DNA of 64,000 nucleotides from Gammaproteobacteria bacterium (GTDB lineage: Bacteria > Pseudomonadota > Gammaproteobacteria > G965277405). Under the pieces are notes generated by a model that was given only the letters and a program-made list of their open reading frames with translations, was not told the DNA's origin and did not search any database. Both the position numbers and the translations under genes were made by a program. Shown here one piece after another: positions 42,075 through 52,079 of this stretch (within the stretch, counting starts at the first letter, position 1; every line of letters starts with the position of its first letter). The DNA lies in the NCBI GenBank assembly GCA_965277405.1, contig OZ255726.1, forward strand, positions 608,001 to 672,000. Direction: 5' to 3'.

Positions 42075-44226
42075 GCAACCGCTGCATAAAGACCCATTGT
42101 GGCAGCAGCTGCGTAGGCATCTGGTATACCTGCCAAAACGTCAAATTAGCCAAGTTCTTCAAGCATTCATGGTTGCCAAAACAGCCCATGAGGATCAAGA
42201 CCGCAGAAGCGGCGAGCCGTATATTTCACACCCTGTCAATGTGTGTGTTTTACTCGCGCAGCAAAAACTTGACGTTGCCTCGCTACAAGCTGGCTTATTG
42301 CATGATGTTATCGAAGATACCGCAGTCAGCAAACAAGATTTAACCGAAGAATTTTCACTGGACGTTGCAGAAATTGTTGATGGCGTCAGTAAATTAAAAT
42401 CTTTAAAAGACCTTCCCGCAGAGCAGCAGCAGGCCGAGAATTTTCAAAAAATGGCGTTCGCCATGTCACAGGATATTCGAGTTATTATTATCAAGCTAGC
42501 TGATCGACTGCACAATATGCGGACATTGCACCATTTACCTGAGCACAAACAGCGCAAAATTGCATTAGAGACACAAGCTATTTTTGCCCCAATTGCAGAT
42601 AGATTGTCGATGGAAAAAGTCAGAATTGAACTAGAAGATTTGAGCTTCAAAGTACTGTATCCACTGCGCTATCGGATGATCGAAAAAGCATTGCTCAAAG
42701 CGCGACGAACGCATAGCGACTATGTTGCAGAATTGATTAAGTTTTTTACCGAAACGTTAAAAAAATCAGGTTTTAAAGTACAGGTAGAAGGAAGGCGCAA
42801 ACACATTGCAGGTATTTATAAAAAAATGTCGCGAGGGCGTGCAGATAGCTTAGACCCGCTGCAAGAAAGCGACCAATTGCCCTCACGTACCTCATTTAAA
42901 GAAATGATGGATGTGCATGGCTTTCGCATTATTACTGACAGTGTCGATAATTGTTATCGCATCCTTGGACAAGTACATCAACGGTTTCGACCTTTTCCTG
43001 GTCGATTCAAAGACTACATTGCTGTGCCTAAATCGAATGGCTATCAATCGCTCCATACCTCGATTTTCGACCCAAGACGCTATCCTATTGAAGTGCAAAT
43101 ACGCACCCAAGAAATGCATGTTAATTCTCAGTTGGGCATTGCATCGCATTGGAGTTATAAATCACATCAAGCACACACTGCCAACCATGCAAGTTCATGG
43201 CTGAATAATTTAACAGGTTTACACGCTACATCAAACAGCCCCATTGAATTCATTAATTATGTAAAAACCGACCTGTACCCAAATGAAGTGTTAGTTTTTA
43301 GTCCTAATGGTCGTGTTTTTGCCTTGCCATCCGGTGCCACTGCCATCGATTTTGCCTATGCGGTGCACACAGATGTTGGCAACACCGCGATTAGTTGTGA
43401 GATTGACAAAATTCCAACCACACTATCTGCCAAACTTGTATCTGGTCAATGGGTGAAAATTATCACAAATCCAAATGCTAAGCCAAGTATTCATTGGCGC
43501 CGCTTTGCGGTGACTGCCAAAGCACTTTCAAGTATTGGCTATCATTTGCGCAGACTTGAACACAGCGATGCAAGCCGGCTTGGGCGCAGGTTATTGAACG
43601 ACGCGCTGGCGCGGTATGACGTTCATTTCGACAGTCTTGATGATAGAGATCTGCAAAAATTCTTAACGCTACGTGGTTTCACCTCTCCTGAACATTTATT
43701 AGAATCGATTGGCAAAGGAAAAGCGTATCCTGCTGGAGTAGCTTCTAGTTTGGCAACAATGTCAGACCACGATGAAAATACGCCCATCGCCCCGGTGAGT
43801 ATCGGTGAAGATGATACGTCACTTATTCAAATCCAATCTTGTTGTTATCCTATCAAAGGTGACGAAATAACAGCGGTGTTTACCGGCGGTCAAGGGCTAG
43901 TAATCCACCGTAGAAAATGCAAATTATTGCGTAAATCACTCAACAAGCCAGACACATATAGCCCTGCAGTCTGGTCGCACCGTTATAATACTGCAAATAC
44001 TGTGCAGGTGCGCGTTGATATTCCCAACCATAAGAACTTAATTGCTCATATTGTCAACACAGTCACAGCGACCAACTCCAGCATCCTGAAAATTGAAACC
44101 AATAAACAAGATCTGCACGTTCACTCGGTAATACTCGATTTGCAAATAGCCGACCGTGTCCACCTTGCTAAAGTCATCCGCAAACTCTACCGAACACAAA
44201 GTGTTATCGCCGTCCGTCGTCTGTGA
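42046..44226 (+). CDS. spoT: Bifunctional (p)ppGpp synthetase/hydrolase
   Basis: RRSGEPYISHP, LHDVIED, KLADRLHNMRT, KDYIAVPK.NGYQSLHT, EVQIRT, TGS (DFAYAVHT), CC and ACT domains. Confidence 0.95.
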   Translation: MKLRFPSNTKQPLHKDPLWQQLRRHLVYLPKRQISQVLQAFMVAKTAHEDQDRRSGEPYISHPVNVCVLLAQQKLDVASLQAGLLHDVIEDTAVSKQDLTEEFSLDVAEIVDGVSKLKSLKDLPAEQQQAENFQKMAFAMSQDIRVIIIKLADRLHNMRTLHHLPEHKQRKIALETQAIFAPIADRLSMEKVRIELEDLSFKVLYPLRYRMIEKALLKARRTHSDYVAELIKFFTETLKKSGFKVQVEGRRKHIAGIYKKMSRGRADSLDPLQESDQLPSRTSFKEMMDVHGFRIITDSVDNCYRILGQVHQRFRPFPGRFKDYIAVPKSNGYQSLHTSIFDPRRYPIEVQIRTQEMHVNSQLGIASHWSYKSHQAHTANHASSWLNNLTGLHATSNSPIEFINYVKTDLYPNEVLVFSPNGRVFALPSGATAIDFAYAVHTDVGNTAISCEIDKIPTTLSAKLVSGQWVKIITNPNAKPSIHWRRFAVTAKALSSIGYHLRRLEHSDASRLGRRLLNDALARYDVHFDSLDDRDLQKFLTLRGFTSPEHLLESIGKGKAYPAGVASSLATMSDHDENTPIAPVSIGEDDTSLIQIQSCCYPIKGDEITAVFTGGQGLVIHRRKCKLLRKSLNKPDTYSPAVWSHRYNTANTVQVRVDIPNHKNLIAHIVNTVTATNSSILKIETNKQDLHVHSVILDLQIADRVHLAKVIRKLYRTQSVIAVRRL

Positions 44227-45491
44227 TGCAGCTGCAACATACGCTACAACTGATTTGTACTTGTTGTGTATTTGCCAGTGTCACGGTGTATGCGACCGAT
44301 CACAGTATGGCTAGTTCACTTGTTATCGATCGCAGCATTGCCCCACTATTGACTAATGGCTACGTAGCCTTGTGGAATAGTGACGGCTCGACGCGGTATC
44401 AATACGGCAGTCTCAGCGTATTCACCCCTGCCTCAATAACAAAAATAGTAACAGCATGGGCGGCTATTCAAACGCTCGGACTGGATGCGGTCTTCAACAG
44501 TGACGTATATAGGCGCGGCAATACGCTTATTGTCAAAGGATTGGGAGACCCAATGTTATTATCTGAACACCTTGCCGTGCTGGCTAATGCACCGCAGTTG
44601 CGTCGTGCTAATTGTTGGGATGGCTTAGCAATTGATGACAGTTGGCAAGGAGATAGTCGTGTTGATGGCATTAGTATTTCGGCAAACCCATACGATAGCC
44701 AGCTTAACGCATTGACTGTTAATTTTAATAGTGGCTATCTTCGTAAGAATGCTGACGGCAGCATTGCTTCCGCCGAATCGCAAACACCACTCACCAACAT
44801 TGCCAAACGTTTTGGTGAACGGTTTTTTTCCACCCACCCACAGCAACACACGGTACGACTAAATATTGGTATTGATCAAATAAGCATCCGCAACAATACG
44901 CACCAACTATTGCTACGCTTCTTCCACAACGCTGGGGCTTGCTTCACCAATAACAGACTACAAATCGCCACAGTAACTCGCAACGATGTATTCCTCTATC
45001 AATTCAAAAACCCAGCAACGCTGCGGACTATACTGACTGCAATGCTGCAATTTTCTAATAACACAATTGCCAATCAGCTGGCTATACACATCGGCGCTCA
45101 ACTCCATCCAAACAACCAATCACATACACTGGCAACAGGAATCCAGCGCATATCCGCAATGCTTGCGCAACACCATATAGGTCAAATGACGTTGATTGAA
45201 GCATCAGGAATATCGCGGAACAACCGCATGGATATTCAATTTCTAAAATCATTATTGTTTGCCTTCCGACCGTGGCATACCATGCTCCCTGCAGCAAAAA
45301 ACAAAGGTATTACTGGCGTTAATGCTAAATCAGGCACATTGACAAGTGTCTACCACTATGCAGGATACATCCAAAAGCAACAACAATCACTGCCTTTTGT
45401 CATCATCAGCGAGCAACCAACAAACAACCGCGACGAAATTTTGTCTATACTCACCACGGCTGCTTTCGACAATACGGACAAAAGCAATTGA
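44226..45491 (+). CDS. dacB: D-Ala-D-Ala carboxypeptidase/endopeptidase (peptidase S13, PBP4-like)
   Basis: PASITK (SxxK), GDPML, SNN, SGISR.NR, KSGT. Confidence 0.8.
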   Translation: MQLQHTLQLICTCCVFASVTVYATDHSMASSLVIDRSIAPLLTNGYVALWNSDGSTRYQYGSLSVFTPASITKIVTAWAAIQTLGLDAVFNSDVYRRGNTLIVKGLGDPMLLSEHLAVLANAPQLRRANCWDGLAIDDSWQGDSRVDGISISANPYDSQLNALTVNFNSGYLRKNADGSIASAESQTPLTNIAKRFGERFFSTHPQQHTVRLNIGIDQISIRNNTHQLLLRFFHNAGACFTNNRLQIATVTRNDVFLYQFKNPATLRTILTAMLQFSNNTIANQLAIHIGAQLHPNNQSHTLATGIQRISAMLAQHHIGQMTLIEASGISRNNRMDIQFLKSLLFAFRPWHTMLPAAKNKGITGVNAKSGTLTSVYHYAGYIQKQQQSLPFVIISEQPTNNRDEILSILTTAAFDNTDKSN

Positions 45492-45522
45492 TTTGCAATA
45501 TTTTGTTGCTTAATACAAAATT

Positions 45523-45612
45523 GGAGAGATGCCTGAGTGGTTGAAAGGGCTCGCCTGGAAAGCGTGTAAGGGGGTAACTCCTTCGAGGGTTCGAATCCCT
45601 CTCTCTCCGCCA
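45523..45612 (+). tRNA. tRNA-Ser (GGA)
   Basis: GGAGAGA/TCTCTCC acceptor stem, anticodon loop CT-GGA-AA, long variable arm, GGTTCGAATCC, encoded CCA. Confidence 0.96.
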
Positions 45613-45687
45613 TTGCTGTGTGTAAAATGCTATATATAATCAAGGTTATTTGAATAAATGATGGCAATATTCTTTATTTGTGTACCA

Positions 45688-46160
45688 CATTTTGTAGCAA
45701 CGTAATCCGCTGACACATATTGCCATTGCTAAGTTTTAACCCTTGACGTTCAATGGAATGCTGCTATCAAGGAAGGCTTTCCAAGATTATCTGTTTACCT
45801 TTTTCGCAAGCGGACACCCATTGCCGTGTCAGCTGCCTGCAAGAGTAAAATTACAAAACTTTAAGAAAACTAAACCGCGAGCAACTGCATGGCTCAAGCT
45901 TCGTCCGCTAAGTTGTACCATGTTGGTAATAACAGTATTTTAAACATACTGATATTGTCTCAAGGCACAATGCGCAGGTGTTGGCGCAGATCTTGCAATG
46001 TATGATGTCTGCCAAACAATCGAGTTCACTAGCGGGAATTTCCACCAAAGCATCACTAAAACTCAGATTTTGATCTGTTGATACCCCGCAGACGCTGATT
46101 TTCTGAGTAATGAGGGATACAGATATTTTCTATGCAAATATATGTTAATGCAATGACCTT
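45688..46160 (-). mobile_element. Truncated second copy (left end) of the IS1106-like element
   Basis: Reverse complement aligns with ~36197-36680, including the left IR and the LLLPTWY.LAD coding segment. Confidence 0.8.
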
Positions 46161-46243
46161 ATATGTTGCAGTATGTGTGCTAACGTGTCGCGTTGGCGAT
46201 TGAATGCGCGATTTATTCATCAATTCACGGGTGATTGCAGCAT

Positions 46244-47389
46244 ATGAGTCAAATTGCAAAAGTATTTGTTGGCGCTGATATCCACGATGGCACTGAACTC
46301 TACAACGATTCAGCTCTGCTGTGTTTTACCAACAATAGCGCTGAGATTGTTAAAGTTGCCAGCCTTGCTGCCAACATCCCAATACATATGCTGGCAGGCG
46401 GTATTATAATGCCAGGTTTTGTTGACCTGCAAGTAAACGGTGGTGGTGGGGTAATGTTTAACGAGCACCCATCTGTGGCAACATTGCGCTGCATGGCTAA
46501 TGCGCATGCCAACTGCGGCACTATGGCGCTGCTACCGACGTTGATTACTGACAGCCGTGCACGAACTATTGCGGCAATAAATGCTGTTGCGCAGGCGATA
46601 GCGGAGAAAGTGCCCACCATTATTGGCCTGCATCTTGAAGGTCCACATCTATCATCGGTGCGTAAGGGAGCGCATACGGAGGAATTGATTCGACCGATGT
46701 TAGCAGCAGATATGCAGGTGTTGCTAGATGCAGCCGCTCGGCTAGCAAATGTTATGCTGACTGTTGCGCCAGAGTCGACAACCAATACGCAAATTACCAC
46801 ACTTGCTGATGCTGGCGTCATTGTGTCTCTTGGACATACCGATGCAAGTTACGATTGTTGTATGGCCGCATTTGATGCGGGTGCAACGTGTGTGACGCAT
46901 TTGTTTAATGCGATGAGCCAGCTTGGCAACCGCCAGCCAGGTTTGGTTGGCGCTGCGCTGGCACATGGTGAGGTGTATGCGGGCATCATTGCTGATGGAA
47001 TCCATGTGCACCCAGCAACGATGCGGGTAGCGTTTGCTGCAAAACCTGATGGTGGGCGTATATTCTTAGTGACTGATGCAATGGCAACGGCGGGGTCTGC
47101 AATAAATACATTCATGTTGAATAACCGTGAAGTTGTGCGCCGAGACGGGCGCCTTGAACTGCTAGACGGCACATTGGCAGGAGCTGACATCAATATGGTG
47201 AGAGGAATATCGGTGTTGGTCAATCAAGTTGGGCTGTCTGTTAACCGCGCCATTAACAGCGCAACATCGTTACCTGCACAGCTGCTTTGCCACGACTTTG
47301 GATTTGGTAGATTTACTCAGTGTGCAGATGGGCTTATCTATCTTGACGAGGGAATGACCAAGGCGACGAGATTGGATGAGATGATATAG
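46244..47389 (+). CDS. nagA: N-acetylglucosamine-6-phosphate deacetylase
   Basis: PGFVDLQVNGGGG, HLEGP, LGHT, THLFNAM, DGIHV, VTDAM, GTLAG. Confidence 0.92.
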   Translation: MSQIAKVFVGADIHDGTELYNDSALLCFTNNSAEIVKVASLAANIPIHMLAGGIIMPGFVDLQVNGGGGVMFNEHPSVATLRCMANAHANCGTMALLPTLITDSRARTIAAINAVAQAIAEKVPTIIGLHLEGPHLSSVRKGAHTEELIRPMLAADMQVLLDAAARLANVMLTVAPESTTNTQITTLADAGVIVSLGHTDASYDCCMAAFDAGATCVTHLFNAMSQLGNRQPGLVGAALAHGEVYAGIIADGIHVHPATMRVAFAAKPDGGRIFLVTDAMATAGSAINTFMLNNREVVRRDGRLELLDGTLAGADINMVRGISVLVNQVGLSVNRAINSATSLPAQLLCHDFGFGRFTQCADGLIYLDEGMTKATRLDEMI

Positions 47390-47494
47390 GATTGGTTGGT
47401 GCAGCCTTGAGTAAGCTAGCGGCTCTGATGAAGCGAATGTAGCCAGCGCAACAGTAGGCTATTGCTGGTTAGCAATCGCAACGCCATCGTTGTA

Positions 47495-47531
47495 AAATAT
47501 ATTTGACGACAGCAAATATATTTGCTAGCAT
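47495..47531 (+). promoter_or_regulatory. Candidate sigma70 promoter with overlapping palindromic operator
   Basis: TTGACG(47503)-17 bp-TAGCAT(47526); perfect palindrome AGCAAATATATTTGCT at 47511-47526; AAATATATTTG occurs twice, 19 bp apart. Confidence 0.55.
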
Positions 47532-47581
47532 TAACAAAGCATGCGTTGAACATGAAAATATTCATTAAAACTAAACATTAA

Positions 47582-49042
47582 ATGCAAAAACCAGAATTTG
47601 ATCCTTACAACAATAGAGGCTTGTTTTATAACGGAACGTGGCAGCCTGCCAACGGATCTGGTAATTTGCCAGTGTACAACCCTTGTAATGAAGAAATTGT
47701 AGGGCGAATACAACCAGCGAATGCAGACGATACCCGCAAGGCAATATCATCCGCAGCGAATGCGTTAGCAAAATGGCGCGCAGTAGTACCTTGGGAGCGC
47801 GCAATGTTGTTGCACAAGGTTGCCGCAGTCATGAGACAGCACACACAAGACGCAGCGTATTTTCTTGCAACAGAGCTTGGTAAGCCAGTTGCTCAAGGTG
47901 AGCGTGAATGGGGCATGGCTATCGACCAATTTGAGTGGTACGGAGATGAAGCGCGAAGATTACATGGCGATATAATTGCCAGCCGTTTACCAGATGCGCA
48001 TTATGAAGTAACAATTGAGCCAGTTGGTGTTGTCGCGGCATTTACTGCATGGAATTTTCCGCCTTTATTAGCAAGTCGTAAAATTGCCCCGGCACTTGCC
48101 GCAGGGTGTTCGATTGTATTAAGACCTTCTGTTGAGGCTCCTGCTGCGGTATTGCTGTTAGTAGATTGCTGTCGTCATGCTGGCATTCCTGCTGGTGTGG
48201 TGAATGTTGTGGTCGGCCCTATTGATGCTACATATCAGCCATTAGTTGCCGACAAACGCGTTAAGAAAATTAGCTTAACTGGTTCAACAGCCGTTGGTAA
48301 GCAAATGATTCGTGATTGCGCTGATACTGTAAAAAAAATGAGTATGGAGCTTGGCGGTAATGCGCCAACCATCATATTTGACGACGTTGATATTCCGTCT
48401 GTTGTCGCCCAAGCTGTGGCCTCGAAGCATGCCAATGCGGGCCAAGTGTGCGCAGCTCCAGATCGGTTTTTTGTGCACGCGGCAATTTACAAAAAATTTG
48501 TTGCTGAATATGTCAAACAGGTTAAAAAAATTGTCGTGGGGGATAGCTTTGACGCAGCGACGAATATGGGTCCATTGGTGAATCAAAAGCGTGTTATTGC
48601 TGTTGATAAGGTCGTTCGTGACAGCATTGAAAAAGGTGCACAGCTACTTATTGGCGGCAAGCAACTTGATACAAAAGGTTTTTTTTATGCCCCGACGGTG
48701 CTGGCAGATGTTACGGATGACATGCTGTGTAGCTGTGAAGAAAACTTTGGTCCAATTACAGCATTTACTAGCTTTGATAATGAAGAGGAAGTTGTGCAGA
48801 GGGCGAATGCTGCGGAGCTTGGTTTAGCTGCATATGTCTTTAGCAAGCATCATAATAGACTGCGGAGGGTGGTGAGCCAGATACAAACGGGAATGGTCGC
48901 GGCAAATACATTCGCATTGGCCAGCGCGCAGATGCCATTTGGCGGAATAAAGCAAAGCGGCTATGGCCGCGAAGGCGGGTCAAATTCTATGCGTGATTAT
49001 TGTAATATTAAAGTAGCTCATTTTTTTACAGGTGGTGAGTAA
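47582..49042 (+). CDS. NAD(P)-dependent aldehyde dehydrogenase (SSADH/KGSADH-like, non-CoA-acylating)
   Basis: WNFP, TGSTAVGK, ELGGNAP, AGQVC, EENFGP, PFGGIKQSG.GREGG. Confidence 0.9.
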   Translation: MQKPEFDPYNNRGLFYNGTWQPANGSGNLPVYNPCNEEIVGRIQPANADDTRKAISSAANALAKWRAVVPWERAMLLHKVAAVMRQHTQDAAYFLATELGKPVAQGEREWGMAIDQFEWYGDEARRLHGDIIASRLPDAHYEVTIEPVGVVAAFTAWNFPPLLASRKIAPALAAGCSIVLRPSVEAPAAVLLLVDCCRHAGIPAGVVNVVVGPIDATYQPLVADKRVKKISLTGSTAVGKQMIRDCADTVKKMSMELGGNAPTIIFDDVDIPSVVAQAVASKHANAGQVCAAPDRFFVHAAIYKKFVAEYVKQVKKIVVGDSFDAATNMGPLVNQKRVIAVDKVVRDSIEKGAQLLIGGKQLDTKGFFYAPTVLADVTDDMLCSCEENFGPITAFTSFDNEEEVVQRANAAELGLAAYVFSKHHNRLRRVVSQIQTGMVAANTFALASAQMPFGGIKQSGYGREGGSNSMRDYCNIKVAHFFTGGE

Positions 49043-49788
49043 TGAGTAATATTTGGCAGAAAGACAAAGTACTACTGAATGGTTGGCTATCAATAGCTAA
49101 TAGTTTTAGTGCCGAAATTATGGCTAAGCAAGGTTGGGATTGCGTTTGTATTGATGCCCAACATGGCATGCTGGATTTTTCTGATGCTTTTGGTATGTTG
49201 CAGGCAATCAAGACTACTGATGCAATTCCGTTGGTGCGGATACCGTGGTTGCGACCAGAACAGATATCAAAATATTTAGATGCTGGTTGTATGGGGCTGA
49301 TTTGCCCGATGATTAACAGCGTCGATGACGTTAAGAATTTTGTGAAGTGGAGCAGCTACCCAAAACAGGGTGAGCGCAGTTTTGGTCCTTCACGCGTGAT
49401 TTTTGAGAATCCTAATTATTTTCATGAGGCAAATGAGGCAATTACTCGTTTAGCGATGATAGAAACACAGCAGGCGGTGGAAAACCTCGAACAAATTTGT
49501 TGTGTGGAAGGTTTGGATGGACTGTATATTGGGCCTGCTGACTTGTCTTGTGCGTTTGGGTATGCGCCAGCTTTAGATAGGGAGGAAGATGAAATGATTG
49601 GCTTGATTAAAACAATCATTGCTACTGCTCATAAACAAGACAAAAAAGTTGGTATACACACGGCTTCTGCAGCATATGCAAAAAAGGCTATCGCATGGGG
49701 TGTTGACATGGTCACCATTTCAAACGATGTGCGACTGCTGGCATCTGCGGCACAAGATATTCTCAGTGAAATGAGGATAAGTAGTTAG
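49042..49788 (+). CDS. HpcH/HpaI-family class II pyruvate aldolase
   Basis: IDAQHG, LVRIP, LDAG..GLICPMI, MIET, IGPADL; TAATG overlap with the ALDH. Confidence 0.9.
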   Translation: MSNIWQKDKVLLNGWLSIANSFSAEIMAKQGWDCVCIDAQHGMLDFSDAFGMLQAIKTTDAIPLVRIPWLRPEQISKYLDAGCMGLICPMINSVDDVKNFVKWSSYPKQGERSFGPSRVIFENPNYFHEANEAITRLAMIETQQAVENLEQICCVEGLDGLYIGPADLSCAFGYAPALDREEDEMIGLIKTIIATAHKQDKKVGIHTASAAYAKKAIAWGVDMVTISNDVRLLASAAQDILSEMRISS

Positions 49789-49861
49789 GGGGGATTCTAG
49801 ATAACACAATGATTGTTGAGTTCTTTAGAGTTCCTTATTTTATTATTATGAAGGAGAGAAA

Positions 49862-50797
49862 ATGAAAAAAATCTTACTGGTTATATTAACTATCTGTATG
49901 GCAGCACCGCTGCTGGCAGCCGATAGATATACATTTATATCGCATGCTCCAGACTCTGATTCTTGGTGGAACACTATTAAGAATTCATTGAAGGATGCTG
50001 AAAAAGCATTTACTGTGACTGTCGATTATCGTAATCCAGCTAATGGTGATTTAGCTGAAATGAGCCGCTTAATTGAGCAAGCAGTTGCGAGAAACAGTGA
50101 TGGTATTATCACTACTATTGCCGACTATGATGTATTGAAAGGACCAATCCAAAAAGCTGTGAATAAAGGAATTCCAGTAATCACGGTGAACTCAGGTACA
50201 CCTGAGCAAAGCAAATCCTTAGGTGCCATCATGCATATTGGTCAGCCAGAATATGCGGCCGGCTTTGGTGCTGGTGATAAAGCAAAAAGAGATGCTGGGG
50301 TGAAAACATTCCTGTGTGTCAACCACTATGCTACCAATCCAGTCTCGTGGGAACGTTGCCGTGGTTTTGCCAATGCCATTGGAATATCAGATGATGACTT
50401 TAGAAAATACGCTGTAGATAGTGGTACTGACCCAAGCACTATTACCGGTCGTGTTTCTGCGTATCTGCGCAAAAATCCAAAAACCGATGCGGTGTTGGCG
50501 CTTGGTCCTACTTCTGCGCATCCTCTGATCAGGTTATTGAAGAAAATGGGCTTGAGTGATAAAACATATTTTGCTACTTTTGATTTAAGTGGTGAAATTG
50601 CAGCTGCGATAAAGAGTGGTGAGATTGCATTTGGTATTGATCAACAACCATACATTCAAGGCTTTTTTGCTGTTGCTGTAATGAAAAAATTCAACCAGTA
50701 CGGCGTGTTACCAGGCAATAACATTAACTCAGGACCTGGGTTTGTTACCAAAGATAATATTGCTTTAGTTGAGAAATATGCAGGCGAGTATAGATAA
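49862..50797 (+). CDS. Inositol-type sugar ABC transporter substrate-binding protein
   Basis: Signal peptide, SHAPDSDSWWNTIKN, GQPEY.AG, IDQQPY, NINSGPGF, AGEYR; iol gene context. Confidence 0.85.
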   Translation: MKKILLVILTICMAAPLLAADRYTFISHAPDSDSWWNTIKNSLKDAEKAFTVTVDYRNPANGDLAEMSRLIEQAVARNSDGIITTIADYDVLKGPIQKAVNKGIPVITVNSGTPEQSKSLGAIMHIGQPEYAAGFGAGDKAKRDAGVKTFLCVNHYATNPVSWERCRGFANAIGISDDDFRKYAVDSGTDPSTITGRVSAYLRKNPKTDAVLALGPTSAHPLIRLLKKMGLSDKTYFATFDLSGEIAAAIKSGEIAFGIDQQPYIQGFFAVAVMKKFNQYGVLPGNNINSGPGFVTKDNIALVEKYAGEYR

Positions 50798-50811
50798 CAG
50801 GAGTATCTGAT

Positions 50812-50840
50812 AAATGGGGCCCTTAGGGCCCCATTTTTAT
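50812..50840 (+). terminator. Intrinsic terminator-like hairpin after the binding-protein gene
   Basis: AAATGGGGCCC-TTA-GGGCCCCATTT followed by TTAT. Confidence 0.75.
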
Positions 50841-50979
50841 GGGGAATATCATCTCCATGGTGACGATTTGCATCGCTAGATGATTTCTCTGGCTAAATCC
50901 GTTGCGTTGCTAGGGTTCTTTTTATGGGTTTTGTGCAGGCAGCAATACTATTGGTTTACAACTTCAGGGGAGTGTATGT

Positions 50980-52071
50980 ATGGCTCATGATGAGCGAGTA
51001 AAGAAAATACCCATTATTAAAAGTTTATTACGCAGACCTGAATCGGCGTCAATTGTTGGTTTTATTTTTGTCACCTTCTTTTTTTTACTAACAGGCGATA
51101 TTGCCATGTTCAGTGTCGAAGGGATATTAAACTGGACCACCGTCGCTGCATACCTTGGCGTTCTTGCAGTAGGGGCATGTTTACTCATGATTGCTGGTGA
51201 ATTTGACCTATCTATTGGCTCAATGATTGGTTTTGCTGGCGTTGCTATTTCTATACCCACGGTGTATTGGGGGCTGCCTATCAGCGTAAGTTTGCTGTTG
51301 AGTCTACTGATATGCCTATTCTTTGGTTATTTGAATGGCTACCTAGTTGTACGCACGGGACTGCCATCTTTTATTATTACGCTGGCACTGTTATTTATAT
51401 TGCGCGGTTTAACGTTGGCGCTATCAATTTTATTTACCAACCAAACCATTGTCAGCGGTTTGGATGGCCCAGTGAGTGAGGATGCATTCGTATCATTTTT
51501 ATTCAAAGGGTATGCGTTTGAAGGTCTTTTTGCGTGGCTTGCTAGCGCAGGCGTGTTGGACACCTTCAAAGATGGCGTTACTCCGGTTGTTCAAGGTGTG
51601 CCAAAAGTCATTATTTGGTGTTTGATAATCACCGCAATTGGCACATTTGTATTGAACAAAACACGGCTTGGCAACTGGATTTTTGCATCTGGTGGCGATG
51701 CACATGCAGCGAGAAATGTTGGTGTCCCTGCTGATAATGTAAAAATTGTAATGTTTATGACAACTGCCTTTTGTGCTTGGTTATTTGCTGTGCTACAAGT
51801 GGTAGAAATAGGCTCTGCATCTGCAGATAGAGGGCTGCTCAAGGAGTTTGAAGCAATTATTGCAGTGGTGATCGGTGGAGCATTATTGACAGGAGGCTAC
51901 GGTTCAATAATTGGAGCATTTTTTGGTGCGATTATTTTTGGTATGGTGCAAATGGGCATCACATATACCGACATTACCTCTGACTGGTTCAGGGTATTCC
52001 TTGGCTTGGTGTTGTTAGCTGCTGTACTGTTTAATAATTATGTTAGACAGCAGGTTATGAAATCTCAGTAA
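50980..52071 (+). CDS. Sugar (inositol) ABC permease
   Basis: MIAGEFDLSIGS, GNWIFASGGD, EFEAIIAVVIGGALLTGGYGS. Confidence 0.88.
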   Translation: MAHDERVKKIPIIKSLLRRPESASIVGFIFVTFFFLLTGDIAMFSVEGILNWTTVAAYLGVLAVGACLLMIAGEFDLSIGSMIGFAGVAISIPTVYWGLPISVSLLLSLLICLFFGYLNGYLVVRTGLPSFIITLALLFILRGLTLALSILFTNQTIVSGLDGPVSEDAFVSFLFKGYAFEGLFAWLASAGVLDTFKDGVTPVVQGVPKVIIWCLIITAIGTFVLNKTRLGNWIFASGGDAHAARNVGVPADNVKIVMFMTTAFCAWLFAVLQVVEIGSASADRGLLKEFEAIIAVVIGGALLTGGYGSIIGAFFGAIIFGMVQMGITYTDITSDWFRVFLGLVLLAAVLFNNYVRQQVMKSQ

Positions 52072-52079
52072 GGGGCAAT

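Noticed and set aside
45613-46200. Integrase or attachment site beside tRNA-Ser
   Set aside because: The sequence is explained by the IS1106-like fragment; no tyrosine recombinase motifs seen.
47582-49042. Calling the ALDH iolA/mmsA
   Set aside because: It has ELGGNAP and GQVC of hydrolytic SSADH-like enzymes rather than the GAKNH/GERCMA pattern of IolA/MmsA.
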